DNA from: Bacillota bacterium
GTDB lineage: Bacteria > Bacillota > JAAYKD01
NCBI GenBank assembly: GCA_963666425.2
Contig: OY762825.2
Location: 1,312,001-1,376,000, forward strand
Direction: 5' to 3'
Length of the DNA stretch: 64,000 nucleotides
A model generated the notes under the pieces. The model had not been told where the DNA came from and ran no database searches. It saw only the letters and a program-made list of their open reading frames with translations. Shown here piece by piece: positions 18,925-28,767 of this stretch; position 1 is the first letter of the stretch, and each line of letters opens with the position of its first letter. Made by a program: the position numbers and the translations under genes.

Positions 18925-19797
18925 ATGAAGAAAATAATCGTTTGGTTCAGTTTACTTAGCTGTCTGATCTTTTTGCTGAGCGGTTGTAATCTTAAGAATA
19001 CCGATCCATTCAGCCTGACTCATACCATCACCATTCTCAGTCGCGAAGAAGGTTCTGGTACCCACGGCGCTTTTATTGAATTATTCGGTGTAGAGAAGCT
19101 GAATCTACGCGGAGTCTATGTCGATTACACCACACCGGAAGCGGTGATCGTCGACAGCACTGCCGCCATGCTTGCCGCTGTAGCGGGGAATCCCCATGCG
19201 ATCGGCTATCTCTCGATTGGTTCGCTGGATGCGAGTGTGACGGCATTAAGCATCGACGGCAGTGCAGCCAGCAAAGAAAATATTCTCAGCGGCAGTTACC
19301 AATTCGCCCGGCCTTTCCAGCTTGTCACCGACAAGAACATTGATGGTCTGACCCAGGATTTTACTAATTTCATTCTTAGTTCTGAGGGAAAATCCATTCT
19401 CGAGTCCGCCGGTTATCTGGCAGCCGAAGGTACGGAATCTTACCCCGACACGAAACAGAGCGGTAAAATTGTGATTGCCGGTTCCTCCTCTATCAGTCCG
19501 GTGATGGAAAAACTGAAGAATGCTTATCTGGAACGGCAGCCCACCGTAAAAATCGAAATCCGGCAAAGCGATACGACTGCGGGAATTACCGCTGTCGCAG
19601 AAGGGACCGCTCAGCTTGGTATGTCTTCCAGAGCACTAAAAGAGAGCGAAATCAACCGTGGTCTCAAAGCAACTCCCTTTGCATTGGACGGAATCGCCGT
19701 GATCGTCAACAAACAAAATCCGGTGAAGAACCTGACAATGGCACAGGTCAGGGGTATTTATATCGGCGAGTCTTTACGATGGGGAGATGTGATTTAA
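18925..19797 (+). CDS. pstS: Phosphate ABC substrate-binding lipoprotein, copy 2
   Basis: LSGC lipobox, REEGSGTHGAF, AGSSSI; collinear with copy 1. Confidence 0.9.
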   Translation: MKKIIVWFSLLSCLIFLLSGCNLKNTDPFSLTHTITILSREEGSGTHGAFIELFGVEKLNLRGVYVDYTTPEAVIVDSTAAMLAAVAGNPHAIGYLSIGSLDASVTALSIDGSAASKENILSGSYQFARPFQLVTDKNIDGLTQDFTNFILSSEGKSILESAGYLAAEGTESYPDTKQSGKIVIAGSSSISPVMEKLKNAYLERQPTVKIEIRQSDTTAGITAVAEGTAQLGMSSRALKESEINRGLKATPFALDGIAVIVNKQNPVKNLTMAQVRGIYIGESLRWGDVI

Positions 19798-19798
19798 A

Positions 19799-20647
19799 AT
19801 GAGGCGAAAAGAACAGGCGGCTCATTTGCTTTTCTTCCTGACTGCTTGTATTTCCATTGCAGCCGTGGCCCTGATTTGCTATTTCCTGTTTGCCAACGGC
19901 ATACCGGCCATGCGGCAGATCGGGTTGTTCAACTTCCTGACGGGCCGGGTCTGGCGGCCCTCCAATGACCTCTACGGCCTGCTGCCGATGATCATGGGCA
20001 GCCTTTATGTTACAGCCGGTGCGATCTTACTTGGTGTGCCTTTGGGCGTTCTGACGGCGCTCTACCTGGCGCATTTCTGTTCTCAGCAGCTCTATCGTTT
20101 CCTGAAACCACTGATTGATTTGCTGGCCGGTATTCCTTCCGTTGTTTACGGTTTTTTTGGTATTGTTGTGTTGGTGCCGTTCGTCCGGCAGACCTTCGGC
20201 GGGGATGGCAATAGCATTCTCACCGCTGCTATCCTGCTGGGGATCATGATTCTGCCGACCATCATAGAGATTTCCGAAGCGGCTTTACGCGCCGTGCCTG
20301 CCAGCTACTACGAGGGCAGTCTGGCCCTGGGAGCCAGTCATGAACGCTCTGTTTTATTCACCGTCCTGCCCGCGGCCAAATCCGGTATCCTGGCCGGCGT
20401 TGTGCTGGGTGTGGGACGTGCCATTGGCGAGACCATGGCCGTCATGATGGTCGCCGGCAACCAAACCAGAATGCCCACCAGCATTTTGGCCGGAATCCGC
20501 ACACTCACCAGTAATATTGCTATGGAAATGGGTTATGCCACGGATCTGCACAGAGAGGTGCTGATTGCCACTGCAGTTGTCCTCTTTGTCTTCATTCTAA
20601 TCATCAACCTTTCGTTTTCCTTGCTGAAGAGGAGGTCAACCCTATGA
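19799..20647 (+). CDS. pstC: Phosphate ABC permease
   Basis: LAGIPSVVYG, RAIGETMAV. Confidence 0.95.
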   Translation: MRRKEQAAHLLFFLTACISIAAVALICYFLFANGIPAMRQIGLFNFLTGRVWRPSNDLYGLLPMIMGSLYVTAGAILLGVPLGVLTALYLAHFCSQQLYRFLKPLIDLLAGIPSVVYGFFGIVVLVPFVRQTFGGDGNSILTAAILLGIMILPTIIEISEAALRAVPASYYEGSLALGASHERSVLFTVLPAAKSGILAGVVLGVGRAIGETMAVMMVAGNQTRMPTSILAGIRTLTSNIAMEMGYATDLHREVLIATAVVLFVFILIINLSFSLLKRRSTL

Positions 20648-21510
20648 AACGCCCGTTGCGCACCATCCGTCTGCTGCAATTTCGCTATCGGCACGATCCG
20701 CTCTCTCTGCTAATTCGGCTGTTGGTTTCTCTGGCTGCTCTGTCTACTGCCGGCATTCTGCTGCTCCTGGTCGGCTACATTCTGATCAAAGGAATTCCTC
20801 ATCTGCAGCCTTCCCTGTTTGCACTGCACTATAACAGTGAAAATGTTTCCTTACTGCCGGCGTTGATCAATACGCTGATGATCATCCTGCTGTCGCTGGC
20901 CATCGCCGTTCCGCTGGGTATCTTCTCCGCTCTCTATCTTTCGGAATACGCCGGACGCAGTAACCGCTTGGTGGAATGGATCCGTTTAGCCACCGAAACG
21001 CTGGCCGGGATTCCCTCGATCATTTATGGTTTGTTCGGTATGCTTTTCTTCGTCACATTTTTGCACTGGGGTTATTCTCTCCTGGCGGGTGCCTGCACCT
21101 TAGCGATCATGATTTTGCCTTTGATGATGCGCACCACGGAGGAAGCGCTGCATTCCGTACCCGATGCTTATCGGGAAGGCAGTTTTGCCCTGGGTGCCGG
21201 ACGTTTACGCACCATCTTTCAGATTGTTTTACCGGCGGCGATGCCGGGCATTCTGGCAGGCGTGATTTTAAGTATCGGACGCATCGTGGGAGAATCCGCA
21301 GCCCTGATCTATACGGCGGGAACAGCCAGCCAAATTGCCAACGGCTTATTTTCTTCCGGACGCACCTTATCCGTCCACATGTATAACATCTCCAATGAAG
21401 GGTTATATCTCAACCAAACTTATGCAACCGCAGTTGTCTTGCTCCTATTGGTGGCACTGATCAATTGGGTTTCGCATTTTGTCGCCGGAAAACTGACGAA
21501 AGGATCTTAA
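20644..21510 (+). CDS. pstA: Phosphate ABC permease
   Basis: [22 protein letters not shown]. Confidence 0.95.
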   Translation: MKRPLRTIRLLQFRYRHDPLSLLIRLLVSLAALSTAGILLLLVGYILIKGIPHLQPSLFALHYNSENVSLLPALINTLMIILLSLAIAVPLGIFSALYLSEYAGRSNRLVEWIRLATETLAGIPSIIYGLFGMLFFVTFLHWGYSLLAGACTLAIMILPLMMRTTEEALHSVPDAYREGSFALGAGRLRTIFQIVLPAAMPGILAGVILSIGRIVGESAALIYTAGTASQIANGLFSSGRTLSVHMYNISNEGLYLNQTYATAVVLLLLVALINWVSHFVAGKLTKGS

Positions 21511-21511
21511 G

Positions 21512-22261
21512 ATGGATAAATTTACAATTAGCGATCTCAATCTTTATTATGGCGATTTTCATGCTTTGAAAAATATGAACCTGAAACTGGCAGAAAATCG
21601 TATCACCGCCTTCATTGGCCCCTCTGGCTGTGGCAAATCTTCTCTTTTGAAATGCCTGAATCGCATGAATGATCTGATCGAGGGCTGTAAAATTACAGGA
21701 GAAATTCGCTTGGATGGCGAAGACATTTACGGAGCGATGGATGTCAATCAATTGCGTAAGCGAGTCGGCATGGTTTTTCAAAAACCGAATCCCTTTCCGA
21801 TGAGTATTTATGATAATGTTGCTTACGGTCCGCGCACCCACGGCATTGGCAGCAAAGCCAAACTGGATGGCATCGTCGAGCAAGCCCTGCACGACGCGGC
21901 GATCTGGGATGAACTGAAAGATCGTCTGAAAAAAAATGCACTCAGTCTTTCCGGTGGGCAGCAGCAGCGACTCTGCATTGCCAGAGCTTTGGCAGTGGAA
22001 CCCGAGGTTTTGCTGATGGATGAGCCGACTGCCTCGCTCGATCCCATCTCCACTTCCAAGATTGAGGATTTGATTGTTGAACTGAAGAAAAAATATACGA
22101 TTGTGATCGTCACCCATAATATGCAGCAGGCCGTGCGCACCTCCGATCAAACCGCGTTCTTCCTGTTGGGCGAAATTGTGGAGGTCGCCGCCACCGAGCA
22201 GTTGTTTTCCATGCCAAAAGAAAAGCGCACCGAAGATTATATCACCGGCAGGTTCGGCTAA
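21512..22261 (+). CDS. pstB: Phosphate ABC ATPase
   Basis: [35 protein letters not shown]. Confidence 0.97.
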   Translation: MDKFTISDLNLYYGDFHALKNMNLKLAENRITAFIGPSGCGKSSLLKCLNRMNDLIEGCKITGEIRLDGEDIYGAMDVNQLRKRVGMVFQKPNPFPMSIYDNVAYGPRTHGIGSKAKLDGIVEQALHDAAIWDELKDRLKKNALSLSGGQQQRLCIARALAVEPEVLLMDEPTASLDPISTSKIEDLIVELKKKYTIVIVTHNMQQAVRTSDQTAFFLLGEIVEVAATEQLFSMPKEKRTEDYITGRFG

Positions 22262-22350
22262 TGGCAGCTGCCACCCAATCAGAATAGCTGCAGCCAATCG
22301 CTGCAGGGGGATTGGTAGATCACACCGGCTACAAAGAAGGGGATGACCAG

Positions 22351-23025
22351 ATGATTTATTGCGTTGAGGATGATCTGAACATCAGGGAATTGATTGTTTA
22401 CACACTGCAATCCACCGGCTTTACAGCCAAGGGCTTCGCCGATGGCGAAGCTTTTTTTATGGAACTGCAGCTAAAATTACCGGATTTGGTGATCCTCGAT
22501 CTGATGCTGCCCGGTCAGGATGGCGCGTCTATCCTGAGGCAGCTGCGCGGCACGGCGCAAACCGCCGATTTACCGGTGATTCTGGCAACCGCCAAGGGCA
22601 GCGAATATGACAAGGTGAGCGGGCTGGACGCCGGGGCGGATGACTATATCAGTAAACCTTTTGGTATGATGGAATTAGTTTCCCGTGTGAAAGCGGTTCT
22701 TCGCCGCAGCGGCTCAAAACAAAAAGAGGTTCTCTTAACGCGGGGAGATTTAAGTCTCAATGCGGAAAAGCACCAGGTATCGGTCAAAGGAGAACCCATC
22801 CTGCTGACACTGAAAGAATTCTTACTGCTGCAGCAGTTGATGTCGAACCCTGGCACGGTTTTCACCCGTGATGCTTTGCTGGCGACGATCTGGGGTTATG
22901 ATTTCAGCGGTGAAACCAGAACGGTGGACGTACATGTAAGAACTCTGCGGCAAAAACTGGGCGAATGCGGCAATCTGATCGAAACGGTACGCGGACTGGG
23001 CTACCGTATGGTGGAACAGGCATGA
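22351..23025 (+). CDS. phoP: OmpR-family response regulator (PhoB/PhoP)
   Basis: Receiver (VEDD, LDLMLPG, KPF) plus winged helix (RTVDVH, RGLGY); located in the pst cluster. Confidence 0.85.
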   Translation: MIYCVEDDLNIRELIVYTLQSTGFTAKGFADGEAFFMELQLKLPDLVILDLMLPGQDGASILRQLRGTAQTADLPVILATAKGSEYDKVSGLDAGADDYISKPFGMMELVSRVKAVLRRSGSKQKEVLLTRGDLSLNAEKHQVSVKGEPILLTLKEFLLLQQLMSNPGTVFTRDALLATIWGYDFSGETRTVDVHVRTLRQKLGECGNLIETVRGLGYRMVEQA

Positions 23026-24713
23026 AAAGACGTATCTTTAGCGCCATCTGCCTGCTTTCACTCTTTGCTGTGCTGCTGAGCAGCAGCCTCTTCTTTGCCG
23101 TGGTTTACAAAGAGGTTTATCTCGATAAACAGCAGGAAGTGCGCAATGAATTGGTTCTGATCCGTACCGGGTTCACACAAGGAAATCTCGCTTATCTGCA
23201 AACCCTGCAGAGTGTGCCGGAACGCAACCGTCTCAACCGCATTACTTTGATCAGCGCTAAGGGAGTCGTACTCTTTGATAATTACGAAACGGCCGCGACC
23301 ATGGAAAATCATTTGGACCGACCGGAAGTCATCAGCGCTCTGCAGAACGGCAGTGGCGAAGCAGTGCGCATGTCCGACACGCTGCATCAACAGACTTATT
23401 ATTACGCCGAACGTTTGGCCGACGGCACGGTGCTGCGTCTTGCCTTAACCACTGCCAGCATCTGGGGAATGCTGTTCAACCTGCTGCCCTCTTTGCTGCT
23501 GATCATCACTCTGGTGATCCTCTTGGCTTTTTGGCTTGCCCGTCATGAAACGCAGGCAATTATCCAGCCAATCAATGCCATCAATCTGCAGGAACCGCTT
23601 GAAAAAGATACTTATGATGAATTGGCGCCGCTGCTGCTGCGGATTGAACAGCAGAACAAAGAGATCGCTGCTAGAATGGCAGAATTATCACAGACGCGCT
23701 CTGAATTCATTACCATCACGGAAAATATGAGCAATGGGCTGATCCTGCTCAATCAAAGAGAAGAGATCCTGACGATCAACCGCAGCGCCTGCAGATTACT
23801 GAACTTAAAAGCAGATCAGACAGCCGGCAGAAAACTGTTGACGCAGAATCGCAGCTCTGTCCTGCAGAATTTGCTGCAAAAAGCAGAGCAAGGCGAAATC
23901 GCCGAAGCGGTTCTGCAGCAAAATCAACACAGTTATCAGCTGCTGGCCCATCCGGTTCTGAATAAGACAGAACTGCAGGGAATTGTACTGCTGATTTTGG
24001 ATATCACCGAGCAACAAGCCGCAGAACAGCTGCGCCGTGAATTTGCCGCTAATGTTTCTCATGAATTAAAAACACCGCTGCAATCAATTTCGGGTTATGC
24101 GGAAATTATCAGCAATCATCTGGTCAAAGCGGAAGATATCCCTGAATTCGTCGATCGCATCTATCGGGAAGCCCGCCGACTGATTGTTTTGGTGGATGAC
24201 ATCATGAAAATCTCCCGATTGGATGAAAACAAACCCAGCCTCACCGAGGAACCGGTTGATTTGTATCGGCTAACACAGGATATCCTGCAGCGTTTGCAGC
24301 CACAGGCGGCAGCAAAACAAGTCCATCTGGAACTGAAAGGCGTTTCAGCAGAAATACGAGGGGTCCGACAAATCCTGGACGAGATGATTTATAACCTATG
24401 TGATAATGCCATCAAATATAACAAGCAAGGCGGCCGCGTAGATGTCATCATCGAACGTCTGCCGGACATGCTGCGGCTGCGGGTCATCGATACCGGCATC
24501 GGCATTGCTCCGGAAGATCAGGAGCATGTTTTCGAGCGTTTCTATCGCGTTGACAAGAGTCATTCGCAAAAAATCGGCGGTACTGGTCTGGGACTCTCGA
24601 TTGTCAAACATGGTGCCCGTTATCATCACGCCGAATTGGAACTGCAGAGCATTCCGAATCAAGGTACTACCATCACCCTGAGCTTCCCTTTCGCAAATAA
24701 AATTAATCTGTAA
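23022..24713 (+). CDS. phoR: PAS-containing sensor histidine kinase (PhoR)
   Basis: ENHLDRPE, NVSHELKTPL, NAIKY, DTGIG, GTGLGL; ATGA overlap with the regulator. Confidence 0.88.
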   Translation: MKRRIFSAICLLSLFAVLLSSSLFFAVVYKEVYLDKQQEVRNELVLIRTGFTQGNLAYLQTLQSVPERNRLNRITLISAKGVVLFDNYETAATMENHLDRPEVISALQNGSGEAVRMSDTLHQQTYYYAERLADGTVLRLALTTASIWGMLFNLLPSLLLIITLVILLAFWLARHETQAIIQPINAINLQEPLEKDTYDELAPLLLRIEQQNKEIAARMAELSQTRSEFITITENMSNGLILLNQREEILTINRSACRLLNLKADQTAGRKLLTQNRSSVLQNLLQKAEQGEIAEAVLQQNQHSYQLLAHPVLNKTELQGIVLLILDITEQQAAEQLRREFAANVSHELKTPLQSISGYAEIISNHLVKAEDIPEFVDRIYREARRLIVLVDDIMKISRLDENKPSLTEEPVDLYRLTQDILQRLQPQAAAKQVHLELKGVSAEIRGVRQILDEMIYNLCDNAIKYNKQGGRVDVIIERLPDMLRLRVIDTGIGIAPEDQEHVFERFYRVDKSHSQKIGGTGLGLSIVKHGARYHHAELELQSIPNQGTTITLSFPFANKINL

Positions 24714-24784
24714 GAATAGGAGGAAACAAACAGCAGAAAAGAGAATATATGCCTACAAATCGGAACTAAAGAGGGGCGTTATCA

Positions 24785-25150
24785 ATGAAGCTGATTATCT
24801 CCATCATTCAAGACCAGGACTTTCATGCTCTCTCTGAAATCTTACTCGAGAAAAATTTCCGTTCAACCCGACTGTCCAGTACCGGTGGCTTCCTCAGCAC
24901 CGGCAATACGACTCTGCTGATTGGCGTTGAAGCAACCAGAGTAGACGAAGCCATTGGTCTCTTAAAGCAATATTGTCATGCCCGTACTCAACTCATGAAT
25001 GCCGGTCCTACGACCGTAGATTTTCTTGGTGCAATGCCGCATTATCCGGTCGAGGTGATCGTCGGCGGTGCCATCATCTTTGTTTTAGATACAGAATGTA
25101 TCGACCTGGAACAAATCGCCAAGCCACAGAGTGAAAATACGCAGCCGTAA
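24785..25150 (+). CDS. darA: Cyclic-di-AMP receptor, PII-like (DarA/YaaQ family)
   Basis: MKLII.IIQDQD, STGGFL..GNTTLLIG, V.VGGA. Confidence 0.88.
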   Translation: MKLIISIIQDQDFHALSEILLEKNFRSTRLSSTGGFLSTGNTTLLIGVEATRVDEAIGLLKQYCHARTQLMNAGPTTVDFLGAMPHYPVEVIVGGAIIFVLDTECIDLEQIAKPQSENTQP

Positions 25151-25330
25151 AAAACCAAGACAAAGCAGCTAGAGGACCGGATCTCGAATCCAACGGTATA
25201 GTTTCTGATGAACTATGCCGTTTTCTTTTTCGTTTCTCGTTCTTACTGCCGCTCTCTCCCTCAATTCTCGGAATTCACCGCGGGTTCCGCAGATTTTTCT
25301 GAAAATCTTGCATTACCACCGGATTTTAAG

Positions 25331-25358
25331 GGAACCGAAAACAAAATCAAAGCGTCTA
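25331..25358 (+). promoter_or_regulatory. ECF-sigma-type promoter
   Basis: GGAACC-N16-CGTCTA upstream of the SLH gene. Confidence 0.55.
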
Positions 25359-25408
25359 TAGCAATGATTACCGAGTGTTGGAAAATTTCACAAAAGAAGG
25401 AGGAAATT

Positions 25409-27706
25409 ATGTTTAAGAAAATTATCTGTACGAGCCTGATTGCACTTTTGGTCATGACAATGACACCTGCTGTCAGCGCCGCGGAACCGCTGACCCCGCC
25501 GACGGGAACCACGAAAGAAGCGGTAGTGACAAGCAGCAGCGAGGCTGTGAAAGAACGGTTGGGTAAGGTCACTTTGTTAGTCAAGCAGAACCTCAATCTG
25601 GATGATCGCTACACTACCTTCAATGGCACTTTGAACGAAGATATCATCGATTCTTACTGGAACCTGAACTGGTCCAATGATCAGGAAACGCTCACGGTCT
25701 ATGCCAAAGAAAGCGGTAAGGTGATGCAGTATCAACGCTATCGTACCGCTGACAACCAAGCTTATTATTACAAATACAACCCGGATTTCTCCCCGGTTTT
25801 TCCTGCCAACAGTAGAATTGACGCAAAACTGGCCGCTGAAACCTTTGTTCCCGCTTTATTGACCACAGGAGAAACTGCTGTCTTTGAACCAACGGAGGCC
25901 CTGGAATTACTCTCCGCAACAACTTATGGTTTTAGTGGCAAGATTCAAATGCACGGTCTTGATACCGGCATTACCTTCTCGGTCACCGTCTTTGCAGACG
26001 ATTTGACCATCAACAGATTTAGCCGCAGTGATGCCAATACCAAGATAATCAATAATTTCTCCGATACAACCACGGCAGTCGATGCTGCGGCTGCAGCAGC
26101 AAAGCTGCGCTCGATTGTTAAAATGCAGCTGCAATATGTGCTGAAAGATACCACCCCCAGCGAACCTGTCCTGCCACAGCCGGAGGGGATCAAAACAACC
26201 GGAAATACTTCTGCTGCCCAAGCAGTCTTACGATATCTGCCCATGATTGATGGCAATTATATCGTTGATGCCAAAACCGGCGAATTGATTGACATCACCG
26301 ATTTATACGATGCTTTTAACCGAGCCAACGAAGCGGTAAAAGCGCCTGCGGGGATGGGTTCCTCCGACTCCAGCTCCTATGGCAGTACGCTCAGCGAAGT
26401 GGAACTGGCAGGTGTTGAGAAACTCAAAGACGTCCTCAGTAAAGAAGAACTGCAGGCAGCCGTTAAAAATCTGCCGGAAGTCATGTTGGATGACAGTTAT
26501 ACCCTCACCGGCTACAATTTCTATTTGAATGAAGAAAACGGCGATGTGACTGTCTATTTAAACTTCAGTAAAACCTACAGTGAGAATGACTATCAGTTTT
26601 ACCGCAAATTTGCCGTTCTGAATGGTAAGACCGGAGCATTACTCTCTCTCTCCTCCTCTTATCCCTATGATGAAAAAGCAGCCTTCCCTACTTTTCTAAC
26701 GGAAGAACAAGCCACCGAAAAAGCAGCCGCTTTTCTGAATCACTATTATGCAGTTCATTTCGCTGCCACGGAATTGTATGCTTCCACAGCTCCGGTAAAA
26801 ACAGAGCATACAGCGACACAGTATCAGTTTACTTACAGCCAAAAGGTTAACGGTTACTTCTTTCCCACTAATTCCATCAGCATCAGCATCAATGCCCAGA
26901 GTGGCGCGGTCGACAGCTTCAATCAGAACTGGACGGAGAATATCGTCTTTGATCAGGCTGATGGAATCATCCCGATGACCCAAGCGGAAGAGATCTATAC
27001 CGCTGCTCACACCACCAAACTGCAGTATCTGCAGCTGCCTGTCACGGTAGATCCCGAATCTCCTTATTATATTCTCTATTCCAGATATGGCTACGCTTAC
27101 TTGTATGAATATCGTCTGGCTTATCAATACAGCATTGCCAATGCTGTTTACGGGATTGATGCAAAAACCGGAGAATTATTGCAAAATACTCCGACTGCAG
27201 CCTACACAGTCCCCGTATACACCGATCTAGACACGCATTATGCCAAAATCGAGATTGAAACCCTCGCTCAATACGGTATTGGCTTCAACGGAAATCAATT
27301 TCAACCGGAAAGCGAACTGACGCAGCGCGAAATGTTGGTCTTTCTCCTGCAGGCAGCCGGTTATCTCAACCCAATGGATGATGATTCCCTCTACAACACA
27401 GCCTATTCGCTGCATCTGCTGACCGAAGCAGAACGCGCTCCCGCCTCAATTGTCAGCCGTGTTCAATTTGTGAAAACGCTGCTGAGCATGTCCGGTTACA
27501 ACAAAATCGCTCACCTCTCTACCATATTTGTCTGCAGATTCCAAGATGAGGCTGCAATCGCTTCAGAAAACTATGGCTATATCGCAATCGCCCAAGGCTT
27601 AGGTATTGTGCATGGCGATCCCAACGGCAATTTCCGTCCCGACTCAGCCACCACCAGAGCTGCAGCTGCCGTGATGCTCTTCAATTTCCTCAATCGGGAA
27701 AACTAA
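25409..27706 (+). CDS. Secreted protein with YcdB/YcdC(PepSY)-like repeats and C-terminal SLH domains
   Basis: Signal peptide, repeated (I/V)DAKTGE motifs, SLH signatures FQPESELTQRE and FRPDSATTRA. Confidence 0.8.
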   Translation: MFKKIICTSLIALLVMTMTPAVSAAEPLTPPTGTTKEAVVTSSSEAVKERLGKVTLLVKQNLNLDDRYTTFNGTLNEDIIDSYWNLNWSNDQETLTVYAKESGKVMQYQRYRTADNQAYYYKYNPDFSPVFPANSRIDAKLAAETFVPALLTTGETAVFEPTEALELLSATTYGFSGKIQMHGLDTGITFSVTVFADDLTINRFSRSDANTKIINNFSDTTTAVDAAAAAAKLRSIVKMQLQYVLKDTTPSEPVLPQPEGIKTTGNTSAAQAVLRYLPMIDGNYIVDAKTGELIDITDLYDAFNRANEAVKAPAGMGSSDSSSYGSTLSEVELAGVEKLKDVLSKEELQAAVKNLPEVMLDDSYTLTGYNFYLNEENGDVTVYLNFSKTYSENDYQFYRKFAVLNGKTGALLSLSSSYPYDEKAAFPTFLTEEQATEKAAAFLNHYYAVHFAATELYASTAPVKTEHTATQYQFTYSQKVNGYFFPTNSISISINAQSGAVDSFNQNWTENIVFDQADGIIPMTQAEEIYTAAHTTKLQYLQLPVTVDPESPYYILYSRYGYAYLYEYRLAYQYSIANAVYGIDAKTGELLQNTPTAAYTVPVYTDLDTHYAKIEIETLAQYGIGFNGNQFQPESELTQREMLVFLLQAAGYLNPMDDDSLYNTAYSLHLLTEAERAPASIVSRVQFVKTLLSMSGYNKIAHLSTIFVCRFQDEAAIASENYGYIAIAQGLGIVHGDPNGNFRPDSATTRAAAAVMLFNFLNREN

Positions 27707-27851
27707 TTTTGCCTGTTCCGGAAAATTCGGCCGGTCGATTGGCTTACCAGCCATCGGCCGGTTTTTCATCTCCCGCTTCCGAAAAAAATCTCTCATTTTA
27801 TTCGCTTGACAAGACAGGTAAAATGGCATATGATTCATTTCGTAATGCAAG

Positions 27852-28003
27852 AAAAGTCTTCGGGGCGGGGTGGAAATCCCCACCGGCGGTAATGGAAGTT
27901 TTTTTAAACTTCACAAGTCCGCGAGCAAAAAGCAGAGTCATCTGCTGAAGTTGAGCCGGTGTGATTCCGGTACCGACGGTATAGTCCGGATGGTAGAAGA
28001 TGG
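27852..28003 (+). ncRNA. FMN riboswitch (RFN element)
   Basis: TCTTCGGGGCGGGGTGGAAATCCCCACCGGCGGT...CCGCGAGC...CCGACGGTATAGTCCGGATGGTAGAAGA; TTGACA-N17-TATGAT upstream; terminator at 28111-28150. Confidence 0.95.
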
Positions 28004-28168
28004 AACAGCAGGTTTAAAACCTGAGCATGCCGCCGCATTTCTTTTTTAGAAAGGCTGAACTTTTAAAAAAATGTTCAACGCGGAATTTGCTGCTGTTTTT
28101 CGTCCTAAGCAATCGCCTCGCAGGAATGGATCTTGCCAGGCGATTTTTTTATGGAAAGAAGGATTTAG

Positions 28169-28711
28169 ATGAAAAACCATTCTCTACAATTTATGGTGCG
28201 GACAGCGCTCCTGGCTGCTTTATCCTTAGTGCTGATGCGGATCGAAACACCCCCCCTGTTTGGTACCCCTTTTCTGAAATTGGATTTATCGGATGTACCT
28301 GCCGCTTTAGCTGGCTTAGCTTACGGTCCGTTCAGTGGTTTCATGGTTGAAGTGATTAAAAATTTGGTCAATCTGCTCTTTACCGACAGTGCCGGTATCG
28401 GACAATTGGCGAACTTAATCTACGGCAGCATTTTGGTGCTCTCGATTTCTTTTGCCGGCAAGCTGAAATTCCTCAAGAATAGGAAAGCAAATTTACTGCT
28501 GACCGGCACCCTCGGTACGCTGATCATGACGGTCTCCGCTTACTTTATCAATCTTTATGTCATGTTCCCGCTTTATGCCGTCTTTATGCCGCTGCAGGTA
28601 TTGCTTGGCTTTCTGCCTGCGGTGATTGCCTTCAACCTCGTCAAAGGCGTCGTCGTCACCGTTGTCTCGGCTCTGCTCTTCTGGCGTTTGGAAGGTATTC
28701 TAGTCAAATAA
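28169..28711 (+). CDS. ribU: ECF transporter S component for riboflavin
   Basis: FLKLDLSDVPA, GIGQLAN, FNLVKG; downstream of the FMN riboswitch. Confidence 0.9.
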   Translation: MKNHSLQFMVRTALLAALSLVLMRIETPPLFGTPFLKLDLSDVPAALAGLAYGPFSGFMVEVIKNLVNLLFTDSAGIGQLANLIYGSILVLSISFAGKLKFLKNRKANLLLTGTLGTLIMTVSAYFINLYVMFPLYAVFMPLQVLLGFLPAVIAFNLVKGVVVTVVSALLFWRLEGILVK

Positions 28712-28713
28712 CA

Positions 28714-28767
28714 GTCAAAAAAATACCGCTCTGATTCACCGGGAATCAGAGCGGTATTTTTTTTGAC
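28714..28767. terminator. Bidirectional terminator
   Basis: AAAAAAATACCGCTCTGATTC-accgg-GAATCAGAGCGGTATTTTTTT. Confidence 0.9.

Noticed and set aside
24785-25150. Treating the DarA alias 'PstA' as evidence of a phosphate role
   Set aside because: Name coincidence (PII-like signal transduction protein A)
28027-28350. 107-aa ORF
   Set aside because: Overlaps the FMN terminator and ribU out of frame
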